Part shown: positions 1 through 11,500 of the stretch, one piece after another
Layout of the letters: the number at the start of each line of letters is the position of its first letter
Numbering within the stretch: position 1 is the stretch's first letter
Source of the DNA: Dimargaris cristalligena
Taxonomy: Eukaryota
Length of the DNA: 60,360 bases
Assembly: GCA_003614675.1 (NCBI GenBank)
Contig: ML002244.1
Span: forward strand, 1-60,360
Direction of reading: 5' to 3'
The notes under the pieces: model-generated
Seen by the model: the letters and a program-made list of their open reading frames with translations, nothing else
The model's database searches: none
Told to the model about the DNA's origin: nothing
Translations under genes and position numbers: made by a program

Positions 1-47
1 CTCACTGTCAACTACACACATGCTATTATTATTTTTACGATTACTAG

Positions 48-1274
48 GATATCTCCAAAATGTTAGAATTCCTTGAAAATAATAGTTGGTTACTTGTCAT
101 CCAGGATGAATGGGAAGATCTTGCCCCAACCTGGTATAAATTAGCACCCTTGGAAACCTGGGATACATTGCTAGTGTCTATTGGCAAAAATGCGAGGAGC
201 CATCACAGTGAATGTGTCAAGGTTTTTAATGCTGGTGCCAAAACAGCACTGAACTGGGATTTACATGCTGCTTATATTTACGATGATTTTTTGACAGCGA
301 ATCGCGACAGCAAATTTCTCACCGACAACCACCGTGTCTCAATTGACTTATCCAAACTTTCCGAACCGGAATTCCAGAATGCGTTTCCCTTGGCTTCTGG
401 TATCGGCGAGGAACAACTTTTCGTGTTGTGGCGATACGTTCTACATGCGGGGTTGTCCTACAATCACCCTGGTTCCGGAATGGTCTCCGAGCGCGACATT
501 ATCATCAACAGCCACATGTCCACTTATTTACAGCTTGCCGATATGCTTCCAATGATAGTTTCTTATACTATCCAGATTGCGCTATGGAATCTATATCACA
601 AAGAAGAACGCCGTAGTGAGGTATTTGGGTTTTTCCGACGAGTAGTGGATTTTCTTATTCAAAACCCGGCGCATGATAGGGTTCTGAATGTAGCCGATGC
701 TAGTTTTATCTCTGAACAGGCCCATGTAATTTTAAAGTATGCTTACGCTCGAATGGACAAACCATCGGTTGATTTAGTCCAGGGTATATTCAATGCAGAG
801 GATATCCCTGAACACCTCCGCTACGAAATCAACGTTTCCTGGTCCGAACTAAGCTTTGGGACCAGGGACATCTCTCGGTATTATAACCAGTCGTTTGAGG
901 AGTTTTGGGCTCCTAGCGCAGATTCGGAAGCCGAGTCTAATCCCGATTCCGCGACCCGGAGTATGCGTCAAGCCGGTATGTCGTCTTTTCGAAACAGGTC
1001 CTTGCCCCTGACTCCCGCGGGTAGTCCGACGGTATGGGTTCCGTCCGCCTTTCTCCGGAGTGCAAATTTGTCACATATCGTAGATACTCTTGAATCAAAC
1101 CCGAAGGACGACTATTCTTTTGACCAAGACCTCCGGGACCGCGATAATCGTGTGCAATTGTATATTCATAAGTATTTGACACCACTTTTTCGTATTAAGC
1201 ACCCCGGGAAGTATAAGCGAATCCAAAATGGTGAAGACCCTGTCCGAGTCTTATTGAGTCCCCGGAAAGGCTAG
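48..1274 (+). CDS. Hypothetical protein, probably the last exon of a gene starting upstream of the window
   Basis: 404-codon open frame 60-1274. An in-frame acceptor (TTTTTACGATTACTAG|GAT ATC TCC AAA ATG, exon start 48) suggests an upstream exon. No recognisable domain. Confidence 0.7.
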   Translation, partial: DISKMLEFLENNSWLLVIQDEWEDLAPTWYKLAPLETWDTLLVSIGKNARSHHSECVKVFNAGAKTALNWDLHAAYIYDDFLTANRDSKFLTDNHRVSIDLSKLSEPEFQNAFPLASGIGEEQLFVLWRYVLHAGLSYNHPGSGMVSERDIIINSHMSTYLQLADMLPMIVSYTIQIALWNLYHKEERRSEVFGFFRRVVDFLIQNPAHDRVLNVADASFISEQAHVILKYAYARMDKPSVDLVQGIFNAEDIPEHLRYEINVSWSELSFGTRDISRYYNQSFEEFWAPSADSEAESNPDSATRSMRQAGMSSFRNRSLPLTPAGSPTVWVPSAFLRSANLSHIVDTLESNPKDDYSFDQDLRDRDNRVQLYIHKYLTPLFRIKHPGKYKRIQNGEDPVRVLLSPRKG

Positions 1275-2090
1275 AATAGCTAATGGTTTTAGTAGTACTA
1301 TTTGTTGAGATAACTAATTAGTGTGTTTAAAGCCGGCTCATGTTGAGATATTAGATGCAGCCTAGGCCCAATCTTATTCATGAAGCGCAGTAATGAAGTC
1401 TCCAAATAAATTACCCCCCTTTGACCATTCCCACCTCCTTATTTTTCTATTATGTATTCCTATTTGTTTGCCACTCTCCTTATATCCATTTTCCTAGTAG
1501 TGTCATCCTACATTATATTTTCTGGTTCCGCACTTATATCCTTAGTCTGCCTGGCTAGATTAAGTGAAAGGGACCACTATAATCATACCATAGTTAATTA
1601 GGCATTATTTGAATGCACCCATTACGAGTCTACTCATTATTTTACATCTGGTGTCATGTATTTTTTACTCTATAAACTACCCTTCACTGCCTTATGTTGA
1701 GCATCCTCTGAGTGTACTTTCCCTTGGTGTATTAATTCACATAGCTAATGGGGTTTTTATCTTGGACATATCTGAAGACTTCCTTGAGGTTAATTTACCT
1801 TATAATAGCTATATCACTGTGTAAATATACAAGTGTTTACAATAGAGGTAATTATTGTTAAATTATTAACAATTGTTGTGGAACATAACTTATATAAGAA
1901 GAAAACTAGCTGACTATAATCCACAGCTAATATTACACCTAGCTTTATTAGTAATATGTCAGGCCATTTTCCTAGATGGTATTAGCAATAATAAGATTAA
2001 TACTATTTCTATCAACTTTTATACAAAAACTATACTATCTTATATATATTTACTAGTCTATCCTTAGTATAGTTGATTTATATTATTTTT

Positions 2091-2823
2091 CAGGTTTACT
2101 ACTCTTAGTCCATCAAGAGTCCTGAGGATAGGCTTCTAACAGTAGGTGGGGCTTAGGCTTAATTAGGTAGGTCACTAGTATTGGGTATAGGTATAGTACT
2201 AACTAATAAAGATAAGAGTTAGCATATAAAGAGACATACTACCAGTATATAAGCCCTTCTAATCTGGCTTAATCCAGATAGAATAAAGGGCCATCCATAT
2301 TAGGCCTTATAGTGCCATATTTAGCTCCCCATAGTCACCCCCAGTACTATGGGATCACCCTATATCATATAACCCTTCCCTTTCTGGACTCCTGAGTTCC
2401 ATCAGTCACTCCTGGGCTAATCTAATGACTCTTCCAGTTCTCAGCCAAGTCTTTCATGCCCCTACACTATTCAGTTAGCTAGTTTACCCACCAATAGTCT
2501 TAGTAGCACATTCCACCAGGGACCCCCCTTTGGAGTAGTCCCCCGTATATATATAACTAGCCCCACACTGAGACTGGTTAGATTCCTTAGCTTATTATTC
2601 CCTCATAGTTTACCCCAATAAACTCTATATACACTCCCTCCCATTGTACTGACCAGTAAGTGTGCACCACTGTACATCCCTTGCATAAGCCAATTGCATA
2701 AACCTTTATTTGTTAGTGTTGCCCCATGCCTAACACTAGTAGCCCACTTGGCCAAGCCTAAGCCCCACCTACTGTTAGAAGCCTACCCCTGGGACTCTTG
2801 ACAGACTAAGAGTGGATACCCCA
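2091..2823. mobile_element. Non-autonomous DNA transposon (~733 bp) with ~120-bp terminal inverted repeats, copy 1
   Basis: Left end 2091-2211 (CAGGTTTACTACTCTTAGTCCATCAAGAGTCCTGAGGATAGGCTTCTAACAGTAGGTGGGGCTTAGGCTT...) is the reverse complement of ~2704-2823 (...AAGCCTAAGCCCCACCTACTGTTAGAAGCCTACCCCTGGGACTCTTGACAGACTAAGAGTGGATACCCCA). No internal ORF. Second copy at 47792-48360. No clear target-site duplication. Confidence 0.85.
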
Positions 2824-3031
2824 GGCAACATATTCTTACCTCCATTATTCTTTGGTACTTTGGCACCATATTTCCAACTAACAGCATATACTAGTTTATT
2901 AGAAATTATTATAAATAACTAGTGGAATTTCCTCCCTTGCTAGAGTGACACCACCCCACATTGTCCCTATTTACTCCTTCACTAATTATCATTAGTTTTG
3001 TCATTTATTTGATTACACAATAAATATTACC

Positions 3032-3175
3032 ATATGGGAGAAGTTCATTCAGGCTGTATAATGAAAAATCCATTGGATGAGGCCAATATCAATGGTTAAA
3101 AGCTACTCTCACATATGTTTGCCCATACACGTATTATGTAAAGCCTTAAACAGCTGGTTTGAATTTCATCCATAT
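3032..3175. mobile_element. 144-bp MITE, copy 1
   Basis: ATATGGGAGAAGTTCATTCAGGCTGTATAA ... TTAAACAGCTGGTTTGAATTTCATCCATAT. About 30-bp imperfect TIRs; colinear and the same length as copies at 22574 and 46575. Confidence 0.85.
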
Positions 3176-4448
3176 TTAAAAGTACATTCTTCAAATTGGC
3201 TATCGATTAGGTATCCCTCCGTTCCTGCCCAATTCAATAATTGTATCCCCATATGCCTTTGTCTCCTCCAATTGGACCAATGTCCCGCCTTCCACCGCTA
3301 AAGAGTTACTCTCCAAGTCTATGGGCCACACTGATAGGGAGACAACGCCTTCCCCGCGGCTCCCGAGATCCAATAGCCTGGGACCAGGCCCCAAAAGCAG
3401 TGTGCATATGCGTACTTTCGGATGTATCTCTAGTACATAGATATCTTTGAAATTGTTCAAATACCAACCGAATTTTAACCGGGGCCCTATACCGTGACTG
3501 GTTAGCCTCATTTAACCCGTGTTACCACTGAAATGGGCTACCTATTAGGTGAACGTGTCTATCCCATGGATTAGCACAGAGAATAGGGTGATTCCAAGGC
3601 AAGGTAAAATCGGGACTGCTGATTCCCAGAAATCTAAAGCGAATTCCACTAAAAAATCAAACGATATGACCACAGTAGCCTCAACAAGATCAGGTTCTTA
3701 GTGATTCCATTTACGGTACTCCTGTTCCCTGTTCTATGTTTCCAGGGTAGGACAATAACTGACAACATAGCTAATCTACAAATCGAGCATATGATCACCA
3801 CATGGGGAAGCCCACTATGATATTCGTAATTCCCAAACAGCCAATAACTCTACAGATATTAACCAAGGGGCCTAATGCGCCAGCGACCTGGGCTTGTTGG
3901 AGGAAAACATCACTACGCAGCACAACTACAGTAGATCAATAGGCTTTGAATGGATACGTGCTAATTAGCATGCGGGTTCCTCTCCGACCATTTCCACTTG
4001 ATTGGCGAATGTTCGGGTCAATAGTTCGGAAAGGAGCGGGTTTCGAAATGGACGACTCACCGTTGAATAAAATCCTACATTCGCTTTTGAGGATCCCTTG
4101 TAAAAAAGAAATTGTCCGGTGGGACAGTACTAGCCGCTAGGGACAATGTACCGTGAAGTGAAACGCCTTATGTTCGAGCCGTGGTGGCAGAAATGTTTTG
4201 CCGTTAGAAATTTCAGAATATAAGCTCCACGACCATCGCTCGATCCATTAAACTCAGTTTTTCTCAACTGACTGCTTCTGCAAGTAACATCTCTTACATT
4301 GGCCAGCCCCATGGTGATTATGCTTACAAACCTAGTATTTTGAAACTTACCGTACTAATTGTTTGTCCGACATACCGGTATCCTACGCGTTTTACACTAC
4401 ACCGCCCTCCATCGCCTATTCTCGACTTCCACCGGTAAACTTTGAAAT

Positions 4449-5546
4449 ATGGTGAGCTTTGTTATTATTCGTTTTGGTGCCCTTCTGGGTGTGGCCAGTC
4501 TCCTTGTTTCCACTTTCCCGCTGGTCAGCCCTCAGCCTATTGTAAATATTCCCAGCGGCCCCAACGGCGTATCTCTCCAAAAATGTTGGACCAAGGACTG
4601 GACATTCGAAAACGACGATTACCTCCAGGACTTCGACACCGACTGCGCTAATAATATCAAGATCGCCGATGGAATTATGTCGTGGGAGGTCACCGAAGAT
4701 TGCTTCAGCCCCTCCCTAATCTACAAGCACGATGACATTCTATATGGTCAAGCGAGTATCGATATCAAAATGGCCCGGGGGTCGGGTATAGTGACGGCAT
4801 TTATTGTAAGTTCCGACTGTTAAGAACGAACCATCTCTAGCCTATAAACATATTGACTGGACCTAGGTTATTCCAACGGTAACGTTTAAAAATACCCGCC
4901 AGCTGAGTGCTGCTAGCGTGGGGTCTAACGGATGCGTTCACTCTATCATCTGGATACCTTTGGGACTGACTGATTTATTATTATTGTATGTATACATTAT
5001 CTAAACTGACACTAATGGCAGCGCGGTATGGGAGGAAAGGACGAAATCGATGTGGAGTGGGTAGGAAAAGACCTTGACCACGTACAGTTTATGTACTATG
5101 TGAACGGGTCGGTGGTCAATAGTAAATTCGGGACAACTCACTTCGAACCCCCGGCGCCTCATAAGCCGCTGAACGAGGAATTCTTTACTTACACCATAGA
5201 CTACGCCCCCAACCGGACGCAATGGTACGTCGGAGACAATTTAGGGGCCACCTTGGAGCGAACCGCGACCAATAAATACCCCAGCCAGGCTCGCGAGTGG
5301 CGAATGAATTTGTGGAACGGGGGGGCCATCGTCCCGGCCTGGGCCGGGAAAACCGACTGGTCCAAGGGTCCGTTCGTGGCCTTTGTCAGAAGGTTGAGTT
5401 TTACCAGTTACTGTGAAGAAGGGCCTCAAGCCAGTGGCCTACCACGACACCCAAGAACAGCCACCTCCGACTCCGCATTGGTCAAAGCCGAACTAAATCA
5501 AGATCCCCCACAAAGTCAAGAACAGTCGGTGGTGCGACTGCTATAG
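4449..5546 (+). CDS. Secreted GH16 glycoside hydrolase, CRH/Utr2-like (chitin/glucan transglycosylase family), 293 aa
   Basis: Exons 4449-4805 and 5022-5546; phase-0 intron GTAAGT...CTAAT...CAG. The join reads GSGIVTAFI|RGMGGKDEIDVEWVG with the GH16 catalytic EIDxE motif. Also YGQASIDIK, LWNGG and WAGKTDW motifs, and an N-terminal hydrophobic signal peptide. Confidence 0.9.
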
Positions 5547-8500
5547 GGATCCCAATTTTTAATCAGATGCTATAAATCATTGTCAACAACGTCTCTACCA
5601 ATCTAAGTGTCGCCAATGATACCTAATTCAACCAAACCAAACGATGCAATAAGTATAAATGTACACATCTCTTTGAAACATATATTTATCACCAGATCTG
5701 GTGCAATATTGATTATAAACACCACTAGGGCCGCTCTGCCGACACTGATCGAGATTTTTCCATTTATAGCCTTGACTCATAAAACTCCTGACAACCATCT
5801 GACTCAAAACGCACCCTAAGAAAGCTCTATTGTACTTCAATTATGCGTTACCAGCGTTGAATACAAGCTGGGCGACTTCACTTACTCTAACTCCCCTCAT
5901 GCGAGGAACATACACGACGCGGACTGACTCGATACTAATATTATAAACTATCAACTGGTGGACCTATAACTACCATATTACACTCAATCCCGCTGCACCA
6001 ACAAAGGCAATGTCATCACGAGTGGAGGTCACGACCAGTAGTACCCCTTACTCAAATAACAGCGGGGTAAACTCTCGGGTCAACCAAATGCCCCAACCAT
6101 CCCTGACAAGCACCCAACCACCAATTTCTCCGGCGCGAATAAAAATAGTATTTCGGCTTTGCGAATAGTTATTCGACGCATTTCAATTTATACAGCATAT
6201 CTTCAATTCACCAACAGATCATTTACCATTGGCCAATAATTTCTCTAATAAAATATGGCAGCTCGATAAATGATTTTAGCATAAAAGACATTATGTTTAC
6301 CTGGTTCGCCAAGTCCACCTATCTCCGTGGGTTCCAGCTCTAGGTTTTCGATGGTAAGAAAACAGTTAGTGTTAACACTGTGTATTTCTCATCAAGATCC
6401 TACAGTTTTATTATTATTAGGACGTGCAGTTAGCCCCAAATTGAAGCCATTAACTTCAAATGATTACGGCGATTGATCGCCGTGATTTGAGTAGCTGTTA
6501 AAATTGAATACGGTTGCGGGTAGACAGAAGCACACCGAGCACCAGGAGAAGACGCAGTTTAAACGACGCGTATGTAACCCCTTTCATACGGTACTGAGGT
6601 CTATTTAGCTCGCATGGATAGACTACCGAGTGGTTAATGGCACAGCTTGTATATTCAATATCCGCCAATTGTTGGGACTGCCTTCTCGCCCAGTAATGAA
6701 ACATCATATCATGTGGAAGCATACTTTCATACTTGCTTCAACAGATTCCCCGGGGAGATTTGGGATATACAGTCGCAAAGTGATTACTCTTCACGCACCC
6801 CCAATACATTATCCCTACCACCCCACCTATGTCCCCTGCCAATTACACTACATTAGTCTATATTGCATCGCATCTAAAACTCAAAAAGAAAAATTGATCA
6901 AACAATGTAGTGATAGAGGAGAGGGGGGCTACCCCGTAGTAGGTTTGATTCAGTGAGGTTAACATACTAAAAGCCATCAGCAGGATGTATATGAGGGAGT
7001 GATAGTATAGCTAAGTATCAAGAACACCCGAACGGGTAGCCGAGTGGTATGAAACAACTGCAAGTGATTGGCGTTTCGCTGACGCCTTGTCACCCTCATT
7101 CATACCCGATACTAACCTGTTCATACAGCGAGCGTGTGCATACTGACGGGAGCATCCCGGCTACGTCCTAAATATGACCCCGGTCCACTGGGATTGCGGA
7201 GCTGAGCCAACAAAAAGAAAAAATGAGATAGCATAGGGAAGGGCCAAAGAATCCATCAAGGAAAAGGGGAACGCACAGGGAGGACGGAAGGTACTGTCAG
7301 GTTTCGACAGCCAGGAGAAGGCACATGCCGGGCTGGGGGTGATCGGTATAGCTGCCTATAACATGGCCACACTTAAGAAAGGGGAAACAAAAAGTACAAA
7401 TGGAATGTATAGCCCTACCGGTAAATATAAAATTGGAAGGGACATCGGTAAGCAAGGTCGATATCTGAAACTGGAAGCATTACTTCTATTAATTCAGATT
7501 AGAGCGGTCGTTTCTGGGTCAGGCAAATCTATTATACTATACTATGCAACACGTCTATTAAGAACAATGGGCATGAATATACGATTAAACTGCCTGGCAT
7601 CGGAGTAACCGCCAGTCACGGTCACTGTTTAAGCTCCCCAACTCGTTACCAAGACAGTGGGCTGAAAGTTGATGCCGTAGCATGACATTGCACCGACCAG
7701 TTGGGCTGTGTATTTTGCACCAGGGTAAGGAAAATGGGCCAGTGCGGTACCAGAATCTGCCCAGTTAATGCGGGAAACCAAGATACATTCAAAAAAAAAA
7801 TCGGCAAAGTGGTGCATAAATTACTTGGATAAATAATGTGCCCGATAGAGGCAGTGGAAAAGCGGCTGATAGCAACTGAGCTATTTAATCACAGCCCAAA
7901 GTAAGGCGCTATAAAGGAGGACGGGGTTCTTAAGGTCCAATCTATTTGACAGCTGACTGTGAACACGTCCAAAGTTAAGCGGACGAGATGCGTGGGGGCG
8001 TAGGAAGGGAGGGGGGAAGTTGGCGGTTTGCATATGAAACCAAAAGCACTTTGACCTATCCATGGAAGTTTCCTGTAAGGTGGATAGCGGAGGGCTTCAA
8101 TGGAGGTAAATTACCCCTAACTCATAAAGCCCACCACCCCTTCTCCCACTTCGAACATTAGAATGGGTTGTGTAAGGAGGAAGGGGTGGTGCAGACGAGA
8201 GCACCAACCGGAATGGTACTTGCGTAAGCTGGCCCCAAAGCAGCAGACAACCACCCCAGACACGAACTATTTTACCAAACCGGGAGACGAGCGGACTACC
8301 TACCGCCACGGCCAATTTGCGTCCCCCTCACATAATGGCGACTAGGGTACCAGCAGACAAGCTACTGCATCGCCGACTGTGGGTCGGAAGGCGATGGGGG
8401 CGGTGAATGGTGGGGGGGTCCATGGGCGTAGAATAACCGTGCCCTTGCCCTCTTCAGCAGTAGCCGTCCCTATCGAAAAAATATAATAGGGAAATAAAAA

Positions 8501-11500
8501 TATCTACCCACATCGATTGATGATTTCAGGGGGTGTTCGGAAAAGGCGGTAAATAATCATGGATTTTGTGGCGAATGCAATACTGTAACCAAGGCACTGA
8601 GCCAACCCCCCCCCCTTGAGTGCTCAGTTTGGAGGTGAATATTGACTGGTGAACCGCCCGATGTCCTCCCAACCCAGTTAATATGAGCCAGGCTGCGTGA
8701 CTAAAATGGAAGCGCTGGGGGTAACTATGCGACTATTTCAAAATAATACAGTGGAAATTTGCGTAAGTAGACCGCCGACATCAGCCAATAATGCAGTATG
8801 GTTCCTTCCCAGGCATTAGTTTGCCAAAGTGGGTCGAGGGAAACGTGTGGCCCAAACAACAGTGGCTAAGCCTGGGAAGAATCTGGGCGATTCGTATGGA
8901 TAATCCAGTCGGAAAGGGAAAGCACAGCATTGTTGAAGTGGCAGCAGGCAAATACATAAATAGTGGAGGTATCTAAATTGGGCACTTGGCAACTAGAAAG
9001 GCCCTGCCGAGGTTAGAGAATGCACCCATCCCAATTGACACACTCGGAAAGTTGGCATTTACAATAACGAGTGGTTTTCAATTAATAGCTAGTTGGTATT
9101 TCGGTGATTTGTGCTCTTTAGGGGCGTCATAACGCTTAATCTAAAGAATCACTCCAAATCTTCTGCGTCTTAATATGATAGCTGGATTAATAGTTGTTGT
9201 GGTGTATTGCATGGCTGATTCACCGCTATTCAGTTGAAATGGAAGGTGCCTATTTTTTATCCGTAATCTAAGGCAGGCTGCCTTAATCATATCGAAAAAC
9301 TACACTAAATTACCCATTGCATCGCGAATAATAATAGAACCATAAAATGAAACATTGAATAAGAATCTCCCCGGTTCAGCCAACGTCGCCTTAAGTTGTG
9401 GATGAACTGTTGACTCGGACCGATGGAACTAGTTAAGGAGAAGAAGGTTAGGTTGGGCTGGGTTGTGGTGACCCACCAATGCATGTTTCAGGATCTGCAC
9501 GACTCATGTCGCTCGATAAACAGTTTAACCCCCCTCCCATCCCCCGTTTTTTTTCTTTTTGGCGTTTCCTCCCACTGAGAGTCCGACTATTTCAAATAAC
9601 AGTAAACCCGGAAAAAATACTATATGGGAACAAGAGACGGGAAGACTTACAATATCGAAAGGGGGCAGCGCATCACGGGTGAATGGATAGGTACGCCAAC
9701 GCCGCGCTGCATGCTTTCCAGACTCTCCTGAAATGTATGGAAGTACCAATCAGCCTCACACCAACTCACCTTTATCACACTCACTTTCACCCCCCTCCCC
9801 TCTCCCTTCTCTCAACCCCTAGCCTCAACGACCGGCTTCTATTTTAACCACATCGGAACCAGTTCTGGCGCGGTTTCACATATGCGTGTCCTTTACTTAC
9901 GCACACACCCCCTCGCCCATAACGTAACTATCGTTAGGTGTGGTACCATTTGGGAGAACAGCAGCCCTGAATTCTAAAAGGAAAGTTTGGGCTCAAGACT
10001 AAGACCAAATCAATCAAATGACGTTGGCATGAGAGCAGCAGACCACGTAGGACGTAAGGGGGGTGGTGTGCACGAATTCATATCCGATACTCGGGCCAGT
10101 AGAGTCCCATTCAGTCGGACCTTAGCCTGGACCCCCAGGGCTAGGCAGCCGTGACCAACCTAAAGACTTACATTGGCAATGATGCACCTATGATAAAACG
10201 CAAAGTAACCACCAAAAGAACAGAGGGGGGGTAACCGGAAACATACCAAGAAATCTGTATTCACGATAGGCCTAAGCCAAGGGTTGGGTGTAAACTGGCT
10301 GACACCAACAGATAGTTGGCTACCAGTTAAGGGAAATATTGTAAGACCAAACGGGAACTCCCTAACATTCGCCTTCACTTTCGGAATTACAATAGCAACT
10401 GAGAGTGGCAAACAATGTAGCGGGCGGATATTCAAATTTACACCCCCCAGTCGATACTCATTTCCAAATCACAACGACCTGGGAACCAGCCCATAGTCTA
10501 TTAAAGGCGCTGAGTTTACTACAGTACTCTCATTCTAGTATAGAACGGGATGGTTTAGTACACATTAGCATCCCCTCCTCTCCCTTTCTCTATTGGACAG
10601 AAGGCACAGTCGGGGCAATATAGCCAACCCGCCAAAAGCAATGCTCCTACAACTCGTGGACCATTTGATGCTATCCTAAATATGGGTAACGGCCGAAAAG
10701 ATGATCTCCGAATCATTTACACTATTATAAACTCACCGGTTAAATAGTGGACTATCGCCAAAAGTACGAATGACCCTGTATGAACAGCGCCAAATGGGCA
10801 CTTTAACGAATCACTAGGTTACAGAAAAAGATGCACGGCCTTCTTTTACCGCGCATTAAGAAGTGCGGATCCTTGGCCCCCCTCTTCCTATCCCCCAACC
10901 AAGAAGCCATCAGCATAAGCCATTTTTCGGGACCGTGACCCGGGGGCTATTGGCAATTACTAAACGTTGAGAATGTAAGTTTTATATCGGCGGAAGACAA
11001 AGTAGATCATATGTCGGTTTTTACGATGACCGACACAGGGCATTAACGATTGGTTGAGCAGCTCACGGGAAAGGTAGCCGGGCCATGTGGTGTTTTATTA
11101 TGATTATTTTACAACGGTTGTTTAATGCCATGACCGTGATGCAATGGACTTAAATTGCCGGCCTCATAGTACCGAACTATGCTTCTGCTTAACACCAAGG
11201 CGTGATACGATTGGTTCGGCGGTTTACTCCCACTCCTGAGCCTGAACCATGCCGCCCTCTGTAAACCCAACCGTAGGTATGAGGCACAGATCGAGATCGG
11301 GTGAGCCGGGAGAGGGCAATAATGCCCTATATACATTCTAGGAGAAAACAATAGACTTGATAGGGTAGCGAGCCAAACACAGTCAGTCCCCTGTTGGGTA
11401 CTGAATCCACTCATAGAAACCGGTCAAAGGCAGATGACGCTCGAGCGCCCAGTCTAGTGGCTATACACCTAGAGTGCAGCGAGGGGCAAATGGAGAAGGC

